This document shows, one piece after another, positions 14,260 to 29,300 of a DNA stretch of 64,000 nucleotides. A program made the position numbers and the translations under genes. Origin of the DNA: the human T2T-CHM13v2.0 reference genome, Homo sapiens; NCBI RefSeq assembly GCF_009914755.1, contig NC_060947.1, one strand, 5' to 3'. The first letter of the stretch is position 1. Each line of letters starts with the position of its first letter. The notes under the pieces were generated by a model that was not told where the DNA came from, did no database searches, and saw only the letters and a program-made list of their open reading frames with translations.

Positions 14260-17200
14260 TAGAGTATTTTAAATGCTGACAGAATGATCCCATAGGAGGA
14301 GGACTGATTACCCAAGAGAGAAGGGATAATTGCAGGAGTGCCATCTTGAGAAATCTAGATGCAGCTCTTTAATTGGAACAGGGACACACCATCCATTGTA
14401 ACAATAGAAGGCAGAGAGTGTGCCAAGATACTATGTGTACGTGGAGTGGGAGAGTGTGGGGTAGGAGTGGGAGGACAGGATAGGGAGATGAGCTCTTGCA
14501 GCTGACTTGAAGACAGTGGAGAAGGTGTGAAATATTTTTTAAAAGTGCAGAAGTAAACATACTAGGGAAGTGTAGGAACATCTCTAGGCAATGTTGTGTG
14601 CCATTTGAGAGTTGTAGCCATGCATTTAAAGCGAGGCCAATCTGCACAGTTGTATGGTCTCCAAAAACTTTCTGGAACTTGAAGGAGGAACTAAAAGAAG
14701 CGGCTTCTAATAAATTCTATAGCTAAGGTCATCGAAGGTTACTTATTTTTTACTTTATTTAGGTTGCCTGATATTCACTTAGTCTGGCCTGCTAAACATG
14801 GACTTTTCCAGTATGCGTGGGTGTTACAACAGAAACCTTTATGTTTGCTTACAGGCTCCTCCTTTTTCTACACAGTGGTATGCATACTGTGACTACATGA
14901 AAACCAGACATCCAAGTGGAGACGGAAAAATTTCCCCAAACTTCCTTTAGTTCTAGTACACATTCTGACTTGTGTATGTGATAATACCCAATGACATTTT
15001 CCCCTATGTACAAGGCAAACCTTTAATTTTATTCCTGGTGTTTCCAATTTCTTACTTAGTACTTTCCATTTAATCTTTCACTTCAACATTATTACCCCTC
15101 TCACTCATAACATTTCTTTTTTTTTTTCTGCATAAGACTTTTCTAATTTGTCTGCTGTTTCTAATTCTTTTAAGTATCTTTGTTCCTCTATAGCTCCTCT
15201 GTCCTTCCTCAACTTCTTTTTCCTCTTTCATTTCCTTCTCAAAGCCTTTATAGATTCAATCCCTAGCAAATCATATATGGGTATATTTTCATTGTGCTAT
15301 TCCTTTCATATGGAATATATTCTCTCAACAAGGTACTTACTAGTATTTCTTAAAACTTTCTTTTTGCAAATTATTTTCTTGAGCTAGCCTAAGCTCCAGA
15401 GGAAGGACATCTGTTACTACTATGGAATTGTAATTAGAAGTCTACTTTCCATTTATAGCTCTAAATTTTAAAAAATCCCTTGAGGTTAGTGACTTAACAG
15501 AAAATAGAGAATTGTTATTGGGGATTTGGGACAGTATAAAGACAAGTACAAGCTGGAGATCTTTCATGGGTGGCACTGGGAGTTTGGGGCCTGTTTGCCC
15601 TCTGCTAAGATGATATGGACCCTACCTGAGATTATTATGGCAGTCTAAAAGTACTGATTGTGCTGTCATCCATCTCCAGACTCACTGTTGGTACCTTATT
15701 TTATTCATGTTCAAAAATGGTATTATGATTCCTTCACTGACCCTGGCTTTTTTCTAAAGAAACACTCATGTGCTCAATAATTGCATTGACTAAAGTACAA
15801 AATAAAATAAAATTTGAATTAGTAAAGGTTTTAAAACACTTTAAAAAGGTCTAATCTCTGGTACTTTTTAAACATTCTAAAAATTAAAGGTTACATTAAA
15901 ATGGTGCCTGTTGCTGAAAACATTACACTAGTCCTGATGTGTTATATGAAGTCCATAGAACTACAGGTTGGTTAGAATTAAATTATAGTTATTAAAGACA
16001 AGAATCTATTAGTATTGAATTCCAGATATAATGAGAATTTTGGCTTGCTGCCTTCCTGCCTTCAGCCTCCATAAATGGGGCATTTTAACCCCTAGCATTG
16101 TCCAACACCCAAAGATCAATCTGGTTCCTAATCAGAGGAAATATTAATAGAAAGGTCCACTGGAGTCCTTAGCCTTGCAGTAAGTCATCCTTCTTCTATT
16201 CTGCCTCTTGCTTTTCCTTGTGACCAAATTCCTGCTTTGTACTGAAATTTAAGCAAATGGGTTCCTATTTTTCGTTTACCACCACTTGCTTTCCTTATCT
16301 TGTGCCTGACACCCTCTGGAACTGCCAGCTAACCTTTTGGTGCCAGGTTACCATAGCATTTGGTCCTATTGACCCCTTAAGATGTCTTACGTTGCCTAAT
16401 GTTGGATCTTCTTGATGCCAACTACCTATCTGATTAGACTTCCTAACATTGCCTCTGCTATGATTTGCACAGAATACCTGTAGTATTCAGAGGAGTATAT
16501 CTAGTCTCCAGGATTCTGAATATCTCCTCTCTGGTCTATTCTACAGAGAGTCATTCTCTTTTGGCCCTTTGCTATAGTTAATCAATGTAATCATTTACAA
16601 AGGAACTGAGTTCTTTTGCTTCATTCAGTAAAAAATAAGCAAATCAAGATGAAAAAGCTGGCCTTCAGGAGGCTCAACCTGCTTTATCATTGAGGTCTGT
16701 CTTCCCTGTATTTGAAGCTTTTTAAATAAACCATTCTAACCAGAAGAGAGAAGATGAAACAGTTAAAGCTCAAATCAAACAGACTCAAGAATATTTAAAT
16801 AACTGCTTTCTAAGGGAGGAAACCAAAGCAAAGGCATTAGGAGAGTGTTGATTCTTAGTAGAATAAACTTCATGGGTAAATTGGGCATCTTTTAAAGTGA
16901 AGCTCTGTGACTATAGTTCTAACCATGGGATCTTAATAGATGGATACACCAAGCAATGTGACAAGGACATGGTAAAGGGCTTTCCTATTACACAGTAGGT
17001 AAACTCAGGGGAGAAAAAGCAGAAGCAATTCATAGGCTCAGGTTTGCATATCAAAAGAATGAAAGATGATGTGAAAAGTGAGGGTACTTCTGAAGTGAAC
17101 AGAAATCAAAATCTAGTTAGGTTGGTAATTGGGACCAAAGTGAAAGCAAAGGGGGTAAAAATAAAAGTGATGAGTTTCTGCAGAACGAATTTCGGAAGAT

Positions 17201-20200
17201 TGCAGCAAGAGTTGTGTGAAATTGAATGAGTGCAAGCAGGAAATGGCACAGAATAGAAATGCAAAAGCATTAAACCTCCTTCAATGGGATCCTAAGAGTT
17301 CTGCCTGTTATCCACCAATAAAAATAATAGGAGATAAAGAGCCCTTCTATATCTGAACTGCTATATACAAAAAGCATGGTAGAACAAAGGGAGAGCTATT
17401 CAAGGAATAAAACATCAAGTTTACAGGGAGACAGGAAAATATAACAGAACAAGTTTGAGTGTAAAATAAAGATAAGCCTGACAAAGAAGGAGAATGAAAA
17501 GAAGAGCTAACATACATATGATGCCTTGAAAGCCCATCCATTTCATAATTTTGGTTTTTGAATGATAGGTAGAAATGAACTCCACCTAAATAGCACTTTT
17601 GGGATCTGGATTGTGTCCTACATATTTTGAAATTTCTCCTTGATTTGGGGAATGAAGTCTTGGAATCCTTTTTGAAGTCACGAAAGAATTGAATGTTTTA
17701 AATCTTATAAACAATGGTCCATGAATTCTCTGGGAAAGAAAATCTTCAACTTTATTTTCATAATGGTGGCATTTATATTGTTTACATACAATACCTTCCT
17801 TCCTAGAATGAGGAATGTCAGTAGCCATTATCCCAACCCCCCTAATATACCCCCACATACCAAAGTCATTATGTGTTAATCCTATAGGAAATGGGCAATT
17901 TTTCTGAAGAGATTCTAAATTAAGGCCTTTTAAAATAGAGTATTCTTAAGGAGTAAAAATGGCTTAAAGAAAATTGATCTGTGACGCTGTAGAAGATTCA
18001 CAGTTTCAGTGATCTAATTCTGTAAACACCATCATAATATTATGTCATGCATAATTTATTATTGAAATCCTGTGTGAGAATTCTAAGGTTTTTTCATGTA
18101 CCAGAGAGTTGCTGAGATTGGTAAAGAAATGGGTTAACTGTTTAAGATAATGGTATTACTCTGGATGGGAGGATGCAATCAATGGGGTTTCTAAATATTC
18201 CTTTTTTTCACCATTGTGGAGGTATTTATATGTAATAGATTTGCTTTTACATCAGTGTTGAGGAGGGAAACCACCCAGGATATGCTTATATTATATTCCT
18301 TCCCCTTTAGTCTCTCCCAAATATGCAATGCACAGCTGTTTTTAAATCACCATTCAGCATGTCATTCAATTTTTATTACTCTACATTATTATAAGTATCC
18401 AGTAAAAATAAGAGTGAAATCTGATGTGGCTTCTAAAATCAATGAGCTATCATAGAATTGACAAAAATTTTGGTTGAAATTTAGAGTACTTAATTATCAC
18501 CCAAAATACAGATGCTGAATTTCATCCTTGCTCCAGATGCTTCTTAAAATATCAAATGTTTGAGATCTTTCATTTATAGATTTGGTTTTACAGGTGAACA
18601 CACCAAAGTTTAGCAATTTTTCACATCATATTTATGTTATATCCTCTCTCTCACGTGCATGTGCATGCCTCCCCCTCCCGAAACCGAGGGTTATAGAAAG
18701 ATAATTACTTTTTTTATCCTCTGTGTATTTTTGCATAATTTTCTTCCCCATGTTTTGATTTCTCTGGAGCAAGTTTCTATTAGTGCTGTCAGTCTGTAAC
18801 TGGGCCACTTAGTAAGAGTGGGAGAAGGAGCCTTTTTTCTTCTGTATTACATCTTCCATGTGATTCTGCAACTCTGTTTTAGTCATCTGTCCATTCACGC
18901 TTGTTACTCATGTTATTTTTCTCTTCGTTTCTGTCTTCCCCATTCCCCACCTCCAGGCCCCACACACTCAGATCCATACTTGCAGAGGTCATTCCTCCTC
19001 TCTTCCATGAGAAATAATAATTGACATTAAAGTAGCTAATGTTTATTGCGTGCTTGCTATGTGCCAGACATCATTCTCAGAACTTTGCAAATATTATTTC
19101 ATCTAATCTATGTAATTGGCTTTTCTCCAATTTTATTTCAAAATTTCAAGAAGGTTATAGAAATGTAAGGCAACAAAAAGGGAAAAATCAGACATGTCAC
19201 TCCTGAGATTTCCTTTTCCAGGGCTTGAAGAATCCTTACACATAAAAGATGTTTATAGTTCCAGATCATCTATCCACCACCAGAAAGGGCAGCCCATTCA
19301 CTATGGATGTCTCGATATCCTGTTTTCAATACACACATCTCTGCTTGTGAGGCAGTTTTAATGCTCCAAGTCATCAGAAAAGGAGAGTGACTTGGTTTCA
19401 AATGATGAGTGACCAAGATAAGCAGTCTGAAGAGTGGGTTAAAATAAAGTAAAATGCTTTGACAGGAAGAGGTCAAAGCTGGCAGTTGTGTTTTGAAATC
19501 TTATTAAAAGAGGCTGACATCACTAATATGAAAGAAACTTCTTTCTTGTTTTTTAAAACTTTTACGATGCATGAGGTAGACTTCTTTTTCAAAAAAAATT
19601 CCCATCTTGAGTCCTTGCAATATACAGGAAACATGCAGTTAATGAAATGAGAACAGGTTGAATTTGTGATAAAAATTGGTGTCTGGCTCTCTGAGTTCAG
19701 CAATATAATTTCATTTTTATTAGAGTCTTACCTATCTTTAACATTGAAAATTATGCTAAGAATGAAAATTTTGAGGAGTATGTACCTTACAAGGTTAAGA
19801 AATATAATTTTATTTTTATCAAATTATGCTCACATTTTGTGTTAAAAATTCACTGAACGATGAAAATGTTGAGAGACCCTGAATCCTATTTTCACCTATT
19901 TTTAATAAGGATCTTGTGGTACCTCGATACTGATGTATTACTACAATTTGCCTTAAAATGGTGTTCACCATACCCCTCTTTTACATGTTAAGAAGTTTCA
20001 TCTGCACAATGTGAGATGATGTTATCTAAATTCAATTCACACATTTGGTTCAAGGTTAAAATATCCCCGTCCCTCAGTGAGGTGGGGGAGGAAAACTGCT
20101 TTGTTTAATGTTAATGGAAAAATTTCACCTGTGAAATAATCTTCAAACTGTGAAATTAAATCCCCCACGTATGTTCTATGCTCATGCCTTCAGCCTTCCT

Positions 20201-20534
20201 CCCTCTACACCGATCTACCCTGTCTCTGGATTCTTTTAAGAAAGTATTTGAATACCATGTTGCATAGAGGGCAAATCACAAAATCTGGGCAAGAAGGATT
20301 ATTTATATGACTTTTGTGAAACCTATTCCCTCTAAATATTGACTCTCCAACTAGATTGTAAGTTTAATGAGGAGAAGAACAAAGATTTTACCTTCCTGTA
20401 GCCTCCTACAATGCTTCGTATAGGGTAGTGCTTAATAAATACTTAATGATATTGATCTGAAATAGCCAGTTTAGTTGGTCAGTAACAACCCAGACCACTT
20501 AATAACTTGATTGCCTATAAACATAGATATATCT

Positions 20535-20682
20535 ATGCACCATGGACCAACAACGTGGGCATCACCTGGGAGCTCATAAATGCAGAATCTCAGGCCTCAC
20601 GCCAGACTTACTTAACCACGATGTGCATTTGAATAAGTTCTCCCTGTGATTTGTATGCACATTAATGTCTGTGAAGCACTGC
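20535..20682. mobile_element. MER5A-like DNA transposon
   Basis: ggcatcacctgggagctc...aaatgcagaatctcaggcc...gtgatttgtatgcacattaa...gaagcactg. Confidence 0.85.
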
Positions 20683-23019
20683 TCCATTGCATTAAGGATT
20701 AGGCACTTTACCACCATGAACATTTCTTTCTTTCTCTTATATTTCTTCTTGTATGTACCTCTTTCCCCCTCTTCTGCTTATATTATAGGCCTACTAGTTC
20801 CCTCTACCTTTTTAGTTCACCATGTATTTCCAAGTTTTGTGAAGACTAGTCCTCACAAAAATTCTCTGAACTCTTCATAAAGAATAGTCAATATCTAGTC
20901 ATTTCTACTTCCTCAGCTAGTTTTGTTAAAATTATACAAACTTAAATAACAGGGGAGAATTTTTAGCCTTCTCAGCCTTATGTTCCCTAGAAAAATGTTA
21001 CCTATAGTTTCGTTCAGAAATCATAGATTACAATATTATTCTTTTAAAGTAATGAGCAGAGTTTTGGTAGGGAAATAAACTCTCCAAAAGTAATAATTTC
21101 TGATTCTCATAGCTATGGAATCTTACGTTTTGTATAGATAAGGGGCAAAGCAAGTAAGGGAAATTCGTTCTGTGATTTCAGACACATGGGGGATTTTTAT
21201 CTTTACCTAATGTAGGTTTTTGCTGTGTTTTTTCTCTGTAAAAGCCATGGTGCTTCAAAATTTAATGAGATTATATGATGTATTATCATCATTTGCAAAT
21301 GCAATTATCAGCTGCGATTAATCCTGCTAATTCCGAGAAAGCCATATTGGGTGTTATTTTTCCCCTCCTAGTGGGTATTTGTGTTGCTCTTACTTTATGA
21401 ACTTTGATCAGAACTACTGCAGAAAGGAGGGGGAAAGCAAATGGGATGTATGAAATAAGGCTTTTTATGACTGGTTTTATGTAGACATTTATGAGTGCCT
21501 AGGAGGAAACATCTCACAAAAATTCACTTCACCTGGAGAGAAAACAATGTAAATATTAGTATATAGATATAATATATATATTACTAACAACTTGTAGAAG
21601 AAAAAATAATACTGGATATTTCTTGTTGAATTCAAACATATGTTTTATTAATTTGAAGCAACATCAGCTCCTTGTATGTAACTTTCTCAGGATATTCATT
21701 TAGGCATTACATGTCAAGGAAGATGCGAATGACTAATCCTAGAGTTCTGAGCTCTACTGAAGAAATCAAATGGTAAGTCTCAGGCAATTACTGTATGCAT
21801 TTGAGAGTAAATTTTTATCCCACCAGATTACAGATGAGTTCATCAATTATTGAGCACTTAAGCTCAGCTGGAATCCTATGAACTACTGTTTCCAAGAATT
21901 AAGCAAGAACACATTTTGAGATTGTGTCACTGTTGGGTTGCAGTTGAGACACCTTGCTATTACCATCATCTCTACCACCACATAGGTAGGATAACTGCAC
22001 TCCTTGTTAGATCCTTTAAGGCTTGAGATGAGTGGGTTAGAATTAGGACCTACAATTATTAAATTTCAATCTACCAGTGGTTTTAACTCTTCCTTGGTCA
22101 ATTGTGAGAACAATCATTGCAATTATAGTCCCCTCTCAAGGGGCTGGCAGCTGCCTTTCTTATTCCCCACTTGTGATTTACTTTTATAACTGTGTTTAAT
22201 GCCTGCCAACAACTTATATCCCCAACTCTTCCATTAGTGAAAGTCTTGGTAAGGTGCTGAAGCAGATATAAAGATAAGTGAGGGGGATAATGAAACTGAA
22301 AGAAATGAAGTTACTTGTCTTTGATTGCAAAATATAATGGGAGAACTATGACTAATGAGAGGTGCTCAATTATTTATTGAACAAACAGTTCTTCAGACTT
22401 GGGGGAAATTTAAAAGAATAATTCTTCATCAGAAACAGCTTTGGAATGCTCATATATATAGTCCTACATTCTTATTTTGTAGATGTGGAAACTATGTCCC
22501 AAACCATGTGATTTGTCCAGAACTAAACTAAACCTGGGTCATCTGATACAAGCCAGTGCTGTTTTTCCAGCATAATATCTCAATAAAATTCCATAGGCCA
22601 GCTGTATCTACAACTATTTGGCTCAATATCGAAGTATAACTTCTTTGGGCTGAAGAAGGAAACTCCATCCTAATTTAAATCCTAGTGATATAAATAGGAT
22701 TTAGGATTTAAATTGGGTGGCAACAGAGCCTGACAATCCTTAAGGCTTCTTCCAATGCTAAGATTCTAGACATAAAATCCACCAGTGTCAAAGGTAAAAA
22801 TGATTCATGCTAAGCACAGTGCCATACACACTAGAGCTCTGCGCCTACCTTTTAAGGAAGATGGAACATTCAATTACTACATAATCATGTTTTTCTTGAA
22901 ATGTACTTTTTAATAAGGGCAATTCTGTAAGAGTCACTGTGGGAAAGTGAACTGATAATGTAGATATACTACAAAGATCTAGTGGTGAGATCAGAAATGA
23001 TCCAGAAACCTGGAGCAAG

Positions 23020-23272
23020 TGAGAAGAGAAATGCCAAGAAGAGAAAAGTCTATAGTAAGAAACTACAAAGGCAAAGTAGAAAAATTCAGAATCGTTTTAG
23101 CACTATAAACACTATACATTGACGTGGAATTGGTTACTTACTATTGAGAAGAGAAATGCCAAGAAGAGAAAAGTCTATAGTAAGAAACTACAAAGGCAAA
23201 GTAGAAAAATTCAGAATTGTTTTAGCACTATAAACACTATACATTGACGTGGACTTGGTTACTTACTATTGA
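23020..23272. repeat. 125-bp tandem duplication (2 copies)
   Basis: Copies start at 23020 and 23145 and differ at 2 positions (atcg/attg, ggaatt/ggactt). TGA microhomology at the boundaries. Confidence 0.97.
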
Positions 23273-23300
23273 TAAAATAATTAATAAGGGCAATACTATC

Positions 23301-23666
23301 TGTCTTAGTCTGTTTTCAGCTGCTACAACCGTATACTACAGATTGAGTAACTTATAAAGAAAACAAGTTTATTTTGGCTCACAGTTATGGAGGCTGGGAA
23401 ATCCAAGAGCATAATGTTGGCATCTAGTGAGGATCATCCTATAGCAGAAGGTGGAAGGGTGAGAGGGTGAAAGAACATAATACAGAGGAAAAGGGAGCCA
23501 AACTTCTGTGCTAACTACACTCACTCCCACAATAATGGTATTAATTCATGCATGAGGATGATGAAGATGGAGCCTTCATGGCCCAGTCACCTCCCACATC
23601 TTAACATTGCCATGATGGCAACCCAGCTTTAACATGAGTTTTTAAGTGAACATTCAAACTATAACA
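23301..23666. mobile_element. MaLR solo LTR (MST/MLT1A-like)
   Basis: TG...CA ends: tgtcttagtctgttttcagctgcta, tttattttggctcacagttatggaggctgggaaatccaag, cattcaaactataaca. Confidence 0.88.
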
Positions 23667-23683
23667 CAACTCTTTCAAAGTGA

Positions 23684-25059
<1,376 letters not shown>

Positions 25060-26334
25060 TAGTGTTTTTATCTCTTTGTAATACTGTTTTGTTAGGTGTA
25101 ACTTTCTAACACTGTGTGTTTAATGGAGTATTTTCCTCTCAGTATGTGTGACTTCTTATGATTCTTTGCAGAAATCTCTACCTACTACCTTAAAGAAGCT
25201 TAGCTTTGAGATCCACAAACTCTCTGGAAAATAATCTGTACATAACTTTTTAATTAATTTTTTTATTTTTAAAATTTACTGTATAATATTTAATCATTTA
25301 TCTTGTGTCTGTAAGGGTTTTGTATTATCTTGTGAAATGATTTTTGTCATCTTTTATGTAGAGTTTTGTTTTTGTTTTTAGTCAAACCATTTTAAAAGCA
25401 GGTAGGGCTCAAGAGTAAATAAACAATTGCATATTTGAATTGCTCCCCTGAAAGTTAGGGTATATTCTATTAACCCAGAAATGCCAATCTGACATAGTGC
25501 AAATAGAAGTTTTTCCCAAAATAGTGCTTGGCACCTTGGTAATGTGCACATTTCCTCCTATTTTATTACCTACTGTGGTGCAAGGGTTTCACTCTCATTT
25601 TGGGATGGACTCTGAATGTTTCATTTGCATGCCTTTTATGGTGGTAACAGACGATAATTTTTTTACAGATACAGTTTTGCTTTTTATCATCATTTGTTTC
25701 TCTTCTACAAGACTTTTAAGTTGGCTAGTTACAGACTATCTGCTTCTTTTAATGTTTATATATTAGAAGGTTTAATAGAAGAAATAGAATGTCACTGTCG
25801 TAATTGGCCATTTCCCCCACCTTAATAGCATTCCAGAGCAAAGTTTCTTTAGATAGCAATGCTAAGCAAAATGCATTTGTGCAGCTTCATCTTTGATTCA
25901 CCCATTCTTATACCATCATGAATGTTTTTGAAGGTCTTTGCCAAATAATCTTGCCAAAGGCTCTAGGCCTGCTGCTTGGTATTTGCTGCACGGACTGGGC
26001 CTGAGGAAAGGTGAGCTAAAAAGAAATTAGCTGAAATAATGAGATAATTCTAGAACACTAGAAAATTTAGAATTAACAAAGTTTTATGGTGTTGGATAAG
26101 TCCCAGCTTCAAAGCAATTTCTGACCATAGCATTTAAATTATTTCTTAAAAAAATCTCAATTTATTTACAGCTCCATAGTAGAGACTATAGGAAGTAGAG
26201 AGACTCTGAGGATAAGTTATTCTCCTGCTGATGTGGGCCATTGCCACAGGATGGGTGGAGAGGGGACAATATTGAAAACTTAAGAGTAAGCTCTTGAATG
26301 AAAGTTAGGGGTAAAATTTACTTGGAACTTATGG

Positions 26335-26525
26335 CCTTTGGTTAAGAGAGTGGACTTGACTCCAAATCCTGGCTCTGTCCTTTACTAGTTGTGTGACTTT
26401 GGGCAATTTACTTAACTTCTATAAGCCTGCTTCCTCATATGTAAAGGTGGTACCAACAATTCAATTATATAAATATATTATCAAACAGTGAAATACCTGC
26501 TATGTATTAAATGTTAATAAATGGA
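26335..26525. mobile_element. MIR SINE
   Basis: ggttaagagagtggac...aaatcctggctctg...tgtgactttgggcaatttacttaacttct...ttcctcatatgtaaa. Confidence 0.8.
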
Positions 26526-26629
26526 AAATGGCATTAATATTTAATTCTCAATATTTATTATGATTCCCCCAGGTTTCTCCTTTCATTAAAATATCTCTGA
26601 AAAATGTTTCAGCTTTTCTTCTTGCTTTT

Positions 26630-27125
26630 TAGTTGCTTCTTTAAAAACAAAATTTATTGAGGCATAACTTATATACCATAAAAACCACCCATTTTATTGT
26701 ATAGTTAAATGATTTTTAGTAAATTTGCCAAGTTTTTCAACCATAACCATAAACCAGTTAGAGCATTTTAATCACAGCTAGTCCTTGGCATCCACTGTCC
26801 ACTTTCTGGCCCTATGGATTTGCATATTCTGGTCAATTCATGTAAGTTGAATCAAATAATATTTGGCTTATTTCACTTATCAAGATGTTAGAAAGGTTCA
26901 TCAATGTGTAGCATGAATCAGTACTTCGTTCCTTTTTATAGTTGAATAATATTCCATTTTGTGGATATACCATATTTTGTTTATCCATTTATTAGTTGAT
27001 GGGCATGTGGGTTTGTTTCCATTTTTTGGCTAATGATGCTGCTATGAACATTTGTGTGCTAGTCCTTGTGTGGATATACATGTTCTTATCTCTTGGGTAT
27101 ATATCTAGGAGTGGAATTGTGATGG
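26630..27125 (-). mobile_element. Ancient L1M 3' fragment
   Basis: tttattgaggcataacttatatacc ... ttgaataatattccatt ... gctgctatgaacatttgtgtg ... ctaggagtggaattg. Confidence 0.85.
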
Positions 27126-27875
27126 TATTAATATTAATAGTAGTATTTACTACTATTTCATAATTCACCTGACAATTAGACAGTTACATAGATTCCTATG
27201 GCAAAACAAAGTAAGTAACTTCAGATGCCCCTTAAAGGAGCATTCCTCAAAACAACATAAATCAGTTAGCTCTTAAAAAAATTAAAAGATTCCTATGGGA
27301 ACCATCTTTAATCACAGGATAGATCATTTAAAGACTTTTTGCACATCACTTTTGGGAGAATTCAAAAGATAATGTTTTGGTTTTCAAACACCTCAAGTTT
27401 TGTCTTGTCTACACTTTTGTAAGATACCCATCTGAATGTCAATAGGACATATGATGCCTCAGAAAGGCAAAGATTTACCAGTGATTAATACAGGGTATAA
27501 ATAATGGTGTCTGAATCTGTGCATCAAAGCAAGGAAGATAGATCTTGTGACATCCCTACCTTTTTTCCCTGGGATGCACAAATCAGTCCTTAATAGAAGG
27601 GGGAGAGAGGATGAATGCTTTCATGCCTGTCAATGGAATGAAATACAATTCTATGGCAAGGAAGGATACACAGTGGTTCATGCACAGCAAAGACATCAGG
27701 GCTTTCTAGGTTTTCAGATAAGGGACCATATTCAGATGGCCCTCACTTTAAGCAATAATTGAGTTCTTGAAAATAAATCAATGCAGATATTGCGGGCCTA
27801 TTATTAATGTGTATTTTAGTAGCAACTGGGTGCTAGTTTGTAGAACTAGTCCTCAAAGCACAGGCAAGGCTAACT

Positions 27876-27971
<96 letters not shown>
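27876..27971. repeat. Compound microsatellite (CT)n(CA)n(GA)n
   Basis: About 20 TC units, 15 CA units and 10 AG units in direct succession. Confidence 0.98.
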
Positions 27972-28959
27972 ATAATAAAATGCAAAATTATCAAGTTCTA
28001 ATTTATGTTACAATAAAATTTCAACAAAGGGTAAGTTAGGTTGCAGCACTCAGGTTAATTGGTCAATGAAGTCAGATTTTTTCCATTTTCTTTTATTGTA
28101 GTTTCTCTGCTTTATAATCATTTCCCTACCCACATCTTTTATAAAAAGGAAATGAGGTATTCTGATTTGATCTCTGGTGGTAAAACTCATTTATCAGTGT
28201 GCCAAGTGAAAAGGATTTAGTAAGGTTAGATGGCCGTTGAGCAGGGTTTCTCAAAGTGTGGCCAGGTAACTTTCTTCATCCAAATATCCATTTTTATCAG
28301 GCTCTCTAGGTAACTGTGATGCACACTGGTTTGGGAACACTGTAGTGGAGTCTTGATATTCTTATATTTGCTTTACTTCCAACTGTTTATTAAATGTAAC
28401 AGGTGGGAAGTAAACCAATGGGATATTGTAAGCTATAATTAAAGAAAAGAGAAGAGAGTATATGTGTGAGAGGTCCTATGGCTTCCATCAGAGTCTTGGA
28501 CAACTCTGTTACCCCAGAAAAGATTAAGAACTGTTATTGGAAACCTTGAGTGAGATCTCTGGCTTGAGTTCCATTCCTTTTGTGCTTCTAGCTATGCCAA
28601 CAGAACCGCAGCATCAAAGAGTTGCATCCTCAGGGTTTATTATCATGATGGAAGGGAGCAGATATCCTGATACTGTTCCACAAGTACTAGAGAGGGATGT
28701 AGAGGAACTGCATTGAAAGAGGTAGCGATACTCTGGTAGGCAGGAAGTATAAGGTCTTCATACTTTCTGCCTACCAGAGACAGAGGTATAATGTCACCAG
28801 GATCCTAGAGTAGAAACATCCTAGATTGTAGAGGGCAAGAGAGTTTTAGTCCTTGCTTGCTGGTATGGGTGAGGAAACTAAAGAGGCTTCTGGAGAGCAG
28901 TGCTCCAGCCCTTTGTCCTGACGATTCTCCTTCTCTATGAAGAAATCATCTAATTTTTA

Positions 28960-29300
28960 AATTTCCTTCCCTTGAAATACCTAATTTCTTGCCCTTCTGC
29001 CTACTGAAAATCCTCCTCATTATCCAAAGCCTAGGTCTAGCCTTATCTCCTCCACAAACTTTTTCACGATGACTCTTTTTCCACATTGATCTCTTTCTTC
29101 TATTGTGTTTTATAGCATATAATCAGTGGCTCAGTACATATTGCCTTACATAAAAAGTGTTACATGTATTTGTTTTATCTCCACAATTGGCTCATAAGCT
29201 ACTGGTAAACAGGGCATAACTGCCCTGACTCCTTTGATATGAATCAACAAATCTAGCATTATAAGCACCAGGCACATAGTGCGTATTCAGTGACTTGAAC
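28960..29300 (+). mobile_element. L2 3' fragment
   Basis: cttgaaatacc...aaatcctcctcattatccaaagcctag...caccaggcacatagtgcgtattcagt. Confidence 0.6.

Noticed and set aside
23020-23272. CRISPR-like or LTR-like direct repeat
   Set aside because: Two abutting copies with no spacers or internal sequence, in eukaryotic context.
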